DNA of 64,000 nt, from the NCBI GenBank assembly GCA_964035545.1, contig OZ037768.1, forward strand, positions 19,389,700-19,453,699, in the 5' to 3' direction. The notes under the pieces are model-generated. The model saw nothing but the letters and a program-made list of their open reading frames with translations, was not told the origin of the DNA and ran no database searches. Both the position numbers and the translations under genes were made by a program. Below, piece after piece: positions 53,121 to 64,000 of the stretch. How positions within the stretch are numbered: position 1 is the stretch's first letter; the number at the start of each line of letters is the position of its first letter. This DNA is from Bugula neritina. Taxonomy: Eukaryota; Animalia; Bryozoa.

Positions 53121-53954
53121 GAGTGGATCAGGAAGGTTTAACTTTAGTTTAAAGTTTAAACGCAACAAATAAATAATTACAATGTATCAAGATGAATATT
53201 CAAACTAAACAAACATATTCGTCAAAATTAAAGATTTATAGGCTGAATTTTAATATTTATAAATTATTTAAATTTAGTGTTGGTGGAAGCTTTTTGAGAA
53301 TTTTCATGAATTCTCTACTACTAGAACCAAATCAAGGTGTTCATTTTAAACTGTGTAGTTGGTAAATTCTTTAGAAGAGGTCAATGAAAGATCTAGACAA
53401 ATCAGTTATTACGGCGACGGTTACATATACCCCCATTGTGTAGGTTAAATAGCTTCAAACTTAGGTAAACGTTTTGAGCTTATTTATACAGGCGCGGGTA
53501 TATTCTTTATTTTGCTATCACTGTATATATTTTATTGTGTTGCGTACTTTTAACAGCAATAGTCAATTAACATAGTTTAGAAGTGAAGGCATGATATTAA
53601 TATAAATATTAATAATTAATATAATTTAAATTATATAGTTATAATTATATTCATACTCATACTGATACTTCTACCTCGCACATTTAATTTTAATCACTGT
53701 TGCTCACTGTGAATCAATTTTGAGTTTTAGATATAAAACAAACAGTAAAGCCCAATCAGTGAATCTAAATTTATTAATATTTCATTTGTAAGGCCGAAAA
53801 AATGAAATTGGTTTTACTTTTTAGTTTTTAACTATCACATTCTGATTCACTGTCAGTATTGGCGATGCCTTAGCCTATGGCTATGGTAACCGTAAAGGTG
53901 ATTTGGCAATAAATATAATCGGTAATCATTAACAAAACTCAAACTGACAGAAAA

Positions 53955-56337
53955 ATGAATCTAAATATCAATACAGAGTCTCCAGCTCATCTTAAAGATA
54001 AACCACGGAATTCTCTTGCACCTAGTAAAAGCACGGTTTACGTTTCCAATTTGCCTTTTTCGCTTACTAATAATGATCTACATAAAGTATTTGACAAATA
54101 TGGAAAAGTTGTGAAGTAAGTCTAACCGATGTTAATTACTATTCATTATGTTTTTTAAAGTAATGCTCAGTTTTTGCAATTGCTGGTGCTACTGTCACAA
54201 ACAACACCCTATAAACTTAAGGTGACCATTATTGCTAAATAAACAATAATTAATTTGAAACACAAATTAAATCTGTTTATTCAATTTTGAAAAATAGCGC
54301 AAGAAATATATATGTTTTGTTTGTTTCATTGTACTATTTTAGAATAAATACTGTTTTATAATCACTCAGGCGTATGCGTGTGTTTGTAAATGTTGAGCTG
54401 GTACTAGTAGTTATTATACATTCTATGTATTTATAGGGTAACAGTTGTTAAAGATCGAAAATTAAGAAGGAGTAAGGGTGTAGCTTTCATTCTCTACCTT
54501 CGACCAGATGAAGCATGGGCAGCTGTTAAGGCTGTTAATCAAACCACGGTAATGCTACTTCTCATTATTTATGTCTCATGTTATTGAAACTGCTTTAAAA
54601 GTTTATTGAATTAGACATCAAGGCTGTAGTTAAAATTCTTACCTTGGCATAAAATATGCTACCAGCAAATATTTTAATTTTGAATTTTGAAATTTAGATT
54701 TGTAATATGAAATTTTGCAGTTTAAATCCAAATGCAGAGTTTAAAACTTGTATCTGGGGACAGTGTAATGGATTTTAACGCTCTAGTAATTACATCGCGT
54801 CACTATTATAATGGACTTGGCGTAACTTTGTAAATACTGTTAAATGTTGTAATTATAGCTAAGCTCTTAGCGTAGTGAATAACGTAATAATTGTGAATTG
54901 CCTTCCTATTTTTATTGTTTGTTTTTAAGTTACTGTAATAGTTTTTGGAGTTATGTTTCCCCGCCACTTCTTTTTATAGTAATCTGCAATAATTTATGTG
55001 AGCTGAGGTTCGGCCAAAGTCGGAACCCAGGGCGCGATTTCGGAAGGGGTATGTCCGATTTCGGACGGATTCTTCTGAAGTCGGCAACCGGAACTCCGAA
55101 TTTCGGACCCCCATTGTGGCAGGAACTGTTTGCAGTATATAAAGGCGAGCATCTCCAGTATCAAATCAGTCTAACACTGGAGCTCGCAGAGGAAACTACT
55201 ATATATATCAATAAAGGCTATTAGAATCAACATTTCACAAAGACTTTTATTCAACAATTAATAGTACTGGCATGCAGACTACTTAATCTGTTTCATTAAA
55301 CCCGCAAAATCATAACAACAGTCTAAAATCAAGAAAATATTATTGTTTCACTTTTACATATGCTGTTATATTGGTGTTGCCAAAGATATTTTGCAGTGCT
55401 TATAGCAATAAGCTTCAAAACAAAACTCTTTGTCCAAGCTGACATTCTTATAACATTGTAATATTCTCTTTGCAGATGTTTGGCAGAAGTATATCTTGTA
55501 GTATAGCAAAGGACAATGGAAGGGCACCTGAGTTTATAAAAAGAAAAGAATACAAAGATAAATCACAATGCTATGAATGTGGCGTAAGTCAAGTATTAAT
55601 TCCTGTGGCATAACGTAAAAGATTCTGAAGTTCTTGAGTTTTACATTAATCGTTGTAGATATTGTAAGTTCTAGGACATGGCATAAATTTATTGCTGCAC
55701 ACTAAATAATTGCCAAGGTATAGCAAGTTATTTTAACACATGACAATCAATGTTCATAGATGACTTACACGATTGAAGTTGCCAACACATTTGAATTTGT
55801 TTTCTTATCTTTCAGCAAGCATTTTTATAACCTAATAAAAGTGGTTTGTATATGTCACTATATAAACTCTGTGACTGACATGGAATTTAGGTAATACAGT
55901 TATATTAATATACTATTGAGGGCAGACTGTGTTTTCTTTTTTATTACTCTTTGGCTCTTAGTTTTGGGTTTTGTGATTAAAATACATTCACCTAATTTTA
56001 AGAACGAGTAATTTTTTCCCAACCAGTACATTCCAAAATATGCATGCTATGTGAAGTATCTACAGCACTGCACCTACCCACCGCTGTTTAGGTTTTATCG
56101 TGACTTTTGTAAAAATACGAAATTTTCACACTTGGTGGACAGGAAGCAACAGCTATACTATTTTATTATTTTTTCTTTATTTTTTAGGAAGAAGGTCATC
56201 TAAGCTATAAGTGCCCTAAAAACATTTTAGGGGAGCGAGAACCTCCTCCTAAAAAGAAGAAAAAAACTAAGCAATCCACTGACAGTGATGATGATTTTGA
56301 TGGTGATAAAGTTATTGTAATTAAAAAGTCTAGTTAG
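53955..56337 (+). CDS. ZCRB1: Zinc finger CCHC-type and RNA-binding motif protein 1 (U11/U12-31K), ~176 aa
   Basis: Exons 53955-54115, 54437-54548, 55476-55583, 56188-56337 give [35 protein letters not shown]...R.SKGVAFIL...[12 protein letters not shown]....[33 protein letters not shown]. The exact C-terminus is less certain. Confidence 0.96.
54764..55317 (+). mobile_element. Solo LTR (554 bp) in ZCRB1 intron 2
   Basis: TGTAATG...CATAACA termini; TSD ACAG at 54760-54763 and 55318-55321; TATAAA near 55138, AATAAA near 55210; CpG-rich core. Confidence 0.8.
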
Positions 56338-58679
56338 ATTTTTTGAGTATGTGTTGACACAGCTGCAAGTTGTTACTTGGTTGAGTCAAAACTTGTAGTA
56401 AATTCTCAAGTATTGTTTTTATTTTTTTATTTATGTCGTTTGTATGTAATATATAAAATATTCATTAAAAGTTACTGCTGCAAAACTCACCATCTTCCCC
56501 CTATGAATAGCCTCAATAGCTTCAAGCGCATCTTTTATTTCACTGGTCTGTTCTAATGATTGCGCTTTTTCTCATCATTGCCATTTCTAATAATCTTTAG
56601 TTTACAATTTTTAAAACTAAAGTTTAGGGTGATATAATAATGTATATTGTAAATTATATAGTATAAATTCTAATAAATTAAAATAATCTCATAATAACTG
56701 TTTTTTATTAATTTTTCAAACAGAACGAGCTTTCGCTTCATTTTGGTAACACACTATCAAGTTATGAATCTAACTCAAATATTCCATGTCTCAACTATGG
56801 ATCAAAGGTAAAAAAAGTTTAGTACGAAGTCGAGTCTCCCAGAGTTTTAAGCATCTTTAGTTCACTGGACCATGTATAGCTCAGTAGTCTTGATTTTATT
56901 TGTTTGTAAAAAAGATGGAGTAAAATTAAGTTTATTTTGTTATGAAGATTTGACAAAATATTGCCGTTATAAATATATAGTGTGTAATATACTTTGGCTT
57001 CAGGTCATTTAGATATCGGATTTTCATTTTCTACATTCTTTTTATCTGTTGAGACATTTCCATTACTCAACTGTAGTTGACAGCTAAATAAAATTATATA
57101 ACAGAAAAACAATTGATGCTTTTTATCATTAAATATTTAATGGCTTTTGTTGTGTATATAATGAGATGTTGCATAAGACAATTGATAAAAGCTTGCCACA
57201 TTTGAAGTTTAGAATCTTAAGATGATGTGTAAACACAAACATTCATTTATACTTTATGCTTTCTACTTTTGGTTGACATCACAAATTTCAAGTTGATCAA
57301 TTTGAAATTAAACTATAACAGAGTGAGGCTGGGTAGATATATGGTAGGGGTAGTAGAGCTTCATCTTGCAATTTAAAACCCTGACCAATAAAAGGCATGC
57401 ATGTATTGTATTTTGGTTCTTCGACTATATAAAGGCATAACATGTGAACATGCACAACTCCTTTTGACTGCAGTATGTAAAAATATTTCAAGGTACTAGC
57501 TGCATGTGCTATAGCATTGACTATACATTATAACATACATGTGCACGTAAACACACAATTCACATGATGGTTTATTCGAGTTATCTACTTATTCAGAGTC
57601 GCAATTTCTACAAAGAGAAAAACTCCGATTTACAATGACAACCGAGTTACGCCAAGTCTATATTTTAACGATACATAATATTTCATTGTATCTAAACGTC
57701 TACAACGAGAAGCGCTAGAAACAGCACTTATTTAGGGGTGACTAATTACAGTGTTGGTATACACCCCGTTGTTCTGCCTCAAAGCTCTATATCCCCGAAC
57801 CATTGCACTCAGTAGCTCCCAACTTGGTGCTGCTTTAGGACGGATTTCGTCTACAATGGTGCGCAAGAACAGCTTCTGTTAGTGTTATATTACATTAAAA
57901 ATAATAATATATGCATTATGATTAGTTTTGATCACAATGACAATGTGTAGATTGAGTATTTATAGTAATTATTAGTGCATGATTTTATAAATGTAATTGC
58001 TGTTTGTTGGTTTTCTTAGTTTTTAATTTATTTACGCGTAGTCTATTAGTATTAGTATTACTATTACTATTAGTATTAGTATTAGTATTAGTATAAGTAT
58101 TACTATCACATTCACTATGTCTATTACTATTAGTATTACTATTACTATTAAGTATTAGTATTAAACTTAGAGTTAGCATTACATTTAGTTTTACTTTTAC
58201 TTTTAGTTTTAGATTTACTAAAAGTAAAACAGTATAACTATAAGTGGTTTACCATTACGGATTAGTAATTCACTAATTGACTAATTCACTAATTACTAAT
58301 TAGTAATACTAGTAATAATGTTCATCATGATCATAATAATTATCAGTGTTTTTAAATTATGATACGTTGGTTATTGATATTTTAGATAATTATATATGAA
58401 GTCATAATGATTGTAAATGTTTGTCTCATAGTGATAGTCATTATCATTATGATTATTGACAATTCAAATATTGATCTGAATTATAATCATAATCATAATG
58501 ATTGTGATGATTATGATGGGAAAATTGCAGTTTACACTGTGATTGTTATGTGTTACAATTGTGATTGTAGTTATCATTATCACTATGTACATGTTGATGT
58601 GATTACATGACTAAAACATATGTGGTCACTGAGTCTTGGTCGCTGCTTCTACATCCGCTATGGCAATATTAACTTATTT

Positions 58680-59145
58680 GGGTTACTGTCTTTTGTATAC
58701 AAAATGGTCGTTTTGTACACAAACTACTGTCTATTTTGTACACAAAATGAACAATAAATTAATCTACTGGATAACCACTTGAATGATGCTAGTTTTTTTA
58801 TTTATTGCATTTAATCATGTATCTTTCACACCTCCCATGTACGACGTCACCTAGCCTATTAGTATTTTGTATTCAGTTTCACTAGTCTATTGTCATTGAT
58901 CAATCATCATTGTTTTATACTAATCTTAAATTTATTATGATAAATGCGTTAATATTTATTTTCATATAATAGCTGTACTGTAAGTGCATGGTTCATACGT
59001 AAAACAATAATTAAATATCAAAAAATATGAATTTTGATTAATTTATATTGATTATTTAATGTGTACGAAGTGACTTATCATATGTGTACAAAACGACCTG
59101 AAAAAGTAGGTACAAAACAACTTGTGTACGGAATGACCTGCACCC
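58680..59145 (-). mobile_element. Inverted copy of the 31211-31695 MITE
   Basis: Starts gggttactgtcttttgtatac, ends gtacggaatgacctgcaccc; no clear TSD. Confidence 0.75.
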
Positions 59146-59610
59146 TATTATTATAGTTAACCCACCTCTCCATGACTAGAATAAAAATAGGTGTCATAAT
59201 ATTTGTTGCTTTATTAAATATTTGGCTCAGTAAAACTGTTTCAAGTTGAAACCCCTAAAACAACTCAACAAATACAGATAAAAGCCGGAGATTAAGTTTT
59301 GTAGCTTTAAATCTTGGAAATTGCAACACTCTGCAGTGGAACTATTCTACCGAGAAATCCTACTTTAATATTAGTTTTCTACATTCCTTCGGTTCAACTT
59401 GACAGTAACTCAAAAAGCAAGTTAGTTCATTGAACAAATACATTGGAATAAAATAACAACCTTAAATTTTACTTTTTGTTTCAAATAAGCCCCGTCTTCT
59501 ATTTCATGTAGAATAGTAGCATAATCTGATGAACTGAGCTTTTTGGAGTCTCAGGTTGATGTCAAGTTTTAAATTTGCCAACCGCTGTTCTCGATCAGCT
59601 TTCCCGAAAG

Positions 59611-62600
59611 ATGTCGGGTGACAAAGTTGTCAGCCGGAAAAACTCCACTAATATCATGAAAGAGAAGATTGTCAAATATTATGAAATTGTTTTCCAGGTA
59701 TTTATGTTTTCATGTTTGCCAACCTTCATGTTTTCCATCACAAAGAGCTTTGATGCGGTTTTATATTATGTATAAATTTGTTTCAGGCTGGAAATCCATG
59801 TGATGAAAATAGAAATTTCTGGAATGAGTTCTTCTTGCTGCGGGTGAGAAATTAGAATTTTCTATCTGTTCTGTTGCATTCGCACGTTTATTAACACAAT
59901 AGTAAGGTTAGAAAAGTCTATTTTCCAATACATACTTGTCTGTAGTTGAGTAAAAAGCGCCATTGGTGTGCTTTATGCTGGCTTCAACAAAAAAATTATT
60001 TATCAGTCTGCTCAAAAACTAATTTCTTTTTTGGTATTCGAAGCCAACTAAAATTTTTAATATTCATGTACATATTATTTTAACGTCAGCAATCTGTTTC
60101 GTATTTAGTGATTTAATTTGGTAATCTGCTCTGTCTATGGGTAGCTACTTCTTGGATACTATGTGATATATAGAATATGGTATATATGATATATAGTTGG
60201 TAAATTTAATATAGTATATATGATTTAATGTATATAATATATAATTTTTATAGGCAAATGTTGAGTCGTTGCAGAACCAGTTTGTTGCAGTATCTCCCAG
60301 TGATCTTCCAACCGTAAAAGTAAGTTTAGATCTGTAACTTTCCACACAGTTCTTTATGTCTTATATCAAATAAATAAATAAAAAATGATATTTAGCAGTT
60401 GTGTCTGTTTGAGAAATTAATACTATTGATATTATCTTAAGATTTTATATTTTTTGTGTTGAGTTATATTTAGAACTACTCAATTATGGTGCATTGTAGA
60501 AGTCTTAGCAAGACTTTGTCATTTTCAGCAGGTTTTAATCCATTGCACTGACTAAACTCTAAGCTAAACAATAACTGGATGAAATTTGACCTTATAAATT
60601 TGAGTTCAAGTAATAAATTGGCATTCAGTGATTAATATATTAGACTAAAGAGAACAGGCTACTCACTGAAATTGTATGATAACGTTAGTAACATACTTAA
60701 GTTATTTTTTCATGTATGTACAGCAGCTTGTTTTGGTTTTCTATTTTGTAGGTGAATGTCAATGACTTATTTGCAAGATGCACGGATCAGCTCAGTGACT
60801 ATCACGCTATAAAAATAGTTAATGCCATTCAGGTGAGTGCTCTGTGTTGTGCATCATTCCTTAGGATTTCATGAATTATTCACGTTGATAATTAATCTTT
60901 CATGATAATAAGAAAGCTTTTTTAAATGGAAATTTGTAAGCTGCGCCACTATCACACTATGAATAAGAGTTGTAATAGAATTTTAGTGCTCAACTGCCAT
61001 GGTTTCAGTGAAAATTAGCCAGTTGGTAGTGAAGGTACGTTTCTGAGGCAAAGATGTAGGTCACAAAAGTAGGTTAATAGACTGAAATGCAACAACTTTC
61101 TCTGCACTTATATTATTGTTATGTGTTTAGCAACAGAAAATTTACTTACAATCATATAAGTTAAATTTCTCTTTAAAAAGACTACCACCCATGTAGAAGT
61201 CACAGTTTTATTTACAGTGATCCAACACGTGTTGGCACCTTTCCTTCACACATAATAAGGGTTGCATGTTAGCAGTCCTGGTATATAGTCAAACTAGTTT
61301 TTTGCTGTTAAATTTAGGTAGTTTGACAAGTTTTGCTGTCGACGCCTTTTAGCCATCAGCGGGCTTGAAATTAACCAAGAAACTATTTTTTGTACTGGAA
61401 ACATATTATGCAATGTTTTTTAAACAAACCACTTGAAATAACATAATACATTTTTAGGCCACTTTCCCTTTTTACACGATGACATTGCATGATACCTGGT
61501 CAGTCATAGGTTTTCTAAAAAGAAGTGTTAGGCAGCAGAAAGACTTTTGGTTTTGTGTAAAAACAGTCGAACCTTGACTTCTTCCTATGATAGTGTAAAC
61601 TGCATCAGCTTGTATACTGCAGACAATGTGTGGCTTGGTGAAAGGAGCATTTGCTCACTCAAAGGGAGACTACGGTTTTGATGTTATAGAGCTTCTCATG
61701 GGCTTCGAACAAGCCGATGGCATAATGCAGGTACTTAGGTGTTGCACCGTTCTTGCCTTTGGATGTTTTGGTAATTTTAATAACTTAGTAATAGCAACTT
61801 TTAAAATCAAGTATTTAAAATAAATGTTATACTCCCAGTCATTATTTACTGGCCATCGAAGCTATTTACTTTTTCAATAGCTATACATTATCTTAGCCAC
61901 TAGTATTTGCTAGTGTCTTGTTGCTTTGTGTGCTGCAGTCGTTGATGGAGAAGGTTCACCGGATACTCACCAGCTCGGAGAGTGGGGTCAGTCTGAAGAA
62001 CATTACGCTGCGCTTCCTGCTTACTATAGTCACTCTTACAGAGAATGTCAGCCAAAACACTATTCTGGAGTACTTGATGATACATCACATATTTGAGGCT
62101 CTGCTGGCAGTGAGTAAATCTCTTTAGCATAGAATATTCCTTGCCTTGTGTTCTGGTATAGCGATGCATCGTGATCAGTACATTGTCACTAGAACTGTTG
62201 CTTGGAGCTAAAGTTCAATTTGAGTTTCTGGTTGAAGTATAATAGCAAGAAATCACGGGACAAGCTCATTTTCAACTTTAGTTTTCTATTTACACAGTTA
62301 TTTATCTGTACTCAAAGCCTTCATGTAAACACTAATCCATCTACAAATACACACAAGATGCGAGTGCATTGTGTCTACTGTCTGGTTTAGAAGTTGTTTT
62401 CTCCTGTAGATGCTTAGTGATTCCAGTCTGAGGGCTGATCATGGAAACGATACGGTGCTGCTGTTGATGTTACTTGTGCAGTATAGGAAGTACGAGTCTA
62501 CCAACCCATATATAGTCAGCTTGTCTATACTAGACAGTGATATAGCTCTCAATGTATGTATTTAAGTACTTTCAGCTTACATTTTACCCTTGTGTATGTT

Positions 62601-64000
62601 CAAGCATACGTGCAAATAAAGTTTAATTATAGTGGATTTTCAAGCCTTTGTAAATGTTGTTTTACTAAACGAAGCTAGTGTTGATTTTATATAAAAATTG
62701 TATTAGTTTAAAACAGATGAAGTGATTTAAAAAATATTTATGAAACCTGAAGACCTGCATTTCTTGCATCATTGTACCACTATTATTTACTTACACAACT
62801 GCCTGCTTATATTACAGGTTGTGTTGTTTGTAGAAGTTTTAACACTTCCAATAGTCAACTTTATAACTTCAATAAAGTGCAAAATGCCGTTTTTAATATT
62901 TTTTTGAACAAATAATTTTATAATCATGTCACTTATGGTTTTATGTTGCATGTTTTCTTTTAAAATTTTTGGTGATTGCCTTTCTTTTGCAGGGCTTATC
63001 ACAAATAATAGCACTTTCCCTTATTGGATATAACAGGTAAATAGAATATCGCTAAAGTATATTTTAAGGTTTTTGCTATGCTCACTTTACAATAGTACAA
63101 AGCTTCCATCTTCTGACTGTAATCAATTTTACAGCTAAGTAGTTTTTGTAGAGGCTAATTTAGCTGTAGCTGGTGTTGTGAGTTTTGTCATTGAATGTTT
63201 TATAAATGGCATTTGTTTTGCAATTGTTGACATGGCAGTTATTTGTATTGCAGACATTACAAGGACAAGATTAGCCAGCATAAGCCTTCTGGTCTAATGT
63301 CAACATTCACTAGCATGGTCAGTGTTCATATGTATGCTTATTTAGTCAAATATCATTTCCATTAAACCAACTTATACAGCATGTTTATGTTTTTTATTGT
63401 AACCGTTGATACATTGGGTTTTATATCTTTCAGGTTGGTAGTATGTTTAGCAGTGATGAAACAGTTAAAGTCAAATTTAAGTAAGTCACAACACTCATAC
63501 TTATCTTGAACTGCTAAAAGTCCTTTGAAATATTTGCAAAACATGTTCTGTTGTGGCTTTATATTGTTTTCTATTAGTGAGAGTTGTCTATACGCTTCTT
63601 TCACTACACCTGGATACAGAACACTTGAAACCTCCTCTCCAATAGCTTCTAAGCTTCTCCCCCCCCCCCCCCCCCTGCCTTTAGACTCCGCCCTAACTGC
63701 CTCTAGACTCTGCCTAAATAGTCTTTAAACTCCATCCTAACAGCTTTTAGATTTCTTCATAGCAATTTCTAGAGTCCTCCCCCAACAACTTTTAAACTCC
63801 ACCCTAACAATATTTAGACTCCGCTCTAACAGTTTATTGATGTTTCTGTAGAGTTGCTAGTACTGCATAGAGATTACAAGCAGCCTGTGCCAACCTTATG
63901 CTTATAAACTCGTAAAACTTATCTTATAGTCTGTATAATATTTTGACTCATTTTTATTTGCCCTCCTTAATGTTTTAGGCCTGATACCCCTTTACTGCTA
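59611..64000 (+). CDS. ARMH3: Armadillo-like helical domain-containing protein 3 (C10orf76), 5' part; continues beyond the window
   Basis: Exons 59611-59697, 59787-59843, 60254-60319, 60752-60832, 61623-61730, 61939-62109, 62410-62553, 62993-63036, 63254-63317, 63434-63480, 63979->64000 give [79 protein letters not shown]. Confidence 0.95.
63640..63835. repeat. Degenerate ~24-bp tandem repeat plus a poly-C run
   Basis: Recurring tttagactccgccctaac-like units in ARMH3 intron 10. Confidence 0.65.

Noticed and set aside
57857-57878. ATG GTG CGC AAG AAC AGC TTC T|gttag as an alternative coding first exon of ARMH3
   Set aside because: Splicing to the visible acceptors (59554, 59598) is out of frame or stops at once; at most a uORF in a 5' UTR exon.
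63525-63728. [16 protein letters not shown]...PPPPPP as the next ARMH3 exon
   Set aside because: It runs into poly-C and a degenerate repeat; the exon at 63979 (KPDTPLLL) fits phase and homology better.

Overview
AT-rich animal (invertebrate-like) genomic DNA with GT-AG introns and nothing prokaryotic. In order: (1) terminal exon of a beta-propeller-like gene; (2) three tandem paralogues encoding a signal peptide, a PAN/apple-like Cys module and a fibrinogen C-terminal (FReD) domain, with copy 1 carrying a broken intron-1 donor and a full-length decayed RTE-clade LINE whose 5' UTR folds as an HDV-like self-cleaving ribozyme; (3) YKT6 on the minus strand, with two intronic minisatellites and an atypical CSCVIL C-terminus; (4) a very young Ty3/gypsy element (306-bp LTRs identical by eye, ATAT TSD, tRNA-Leu PBS) that has lost protease and RT but keeps integrase and a spliceable, non-env zinc-finger/RS/coiled-coil ORF3; (5) a TTC24-like TPR gene (+) ending in a CaaX box, with nested Harbinger-like MITEs inside a tRNA-derived element; (6) MZT1 (-); (7) ZCRB1 (+) with an intronic solo LTR; (8) the 5' part of ARMH3/C10orf76 (+). 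Exon boundaries and alignments were read by eye and gene names come from recalled protein similarity, not database searches.
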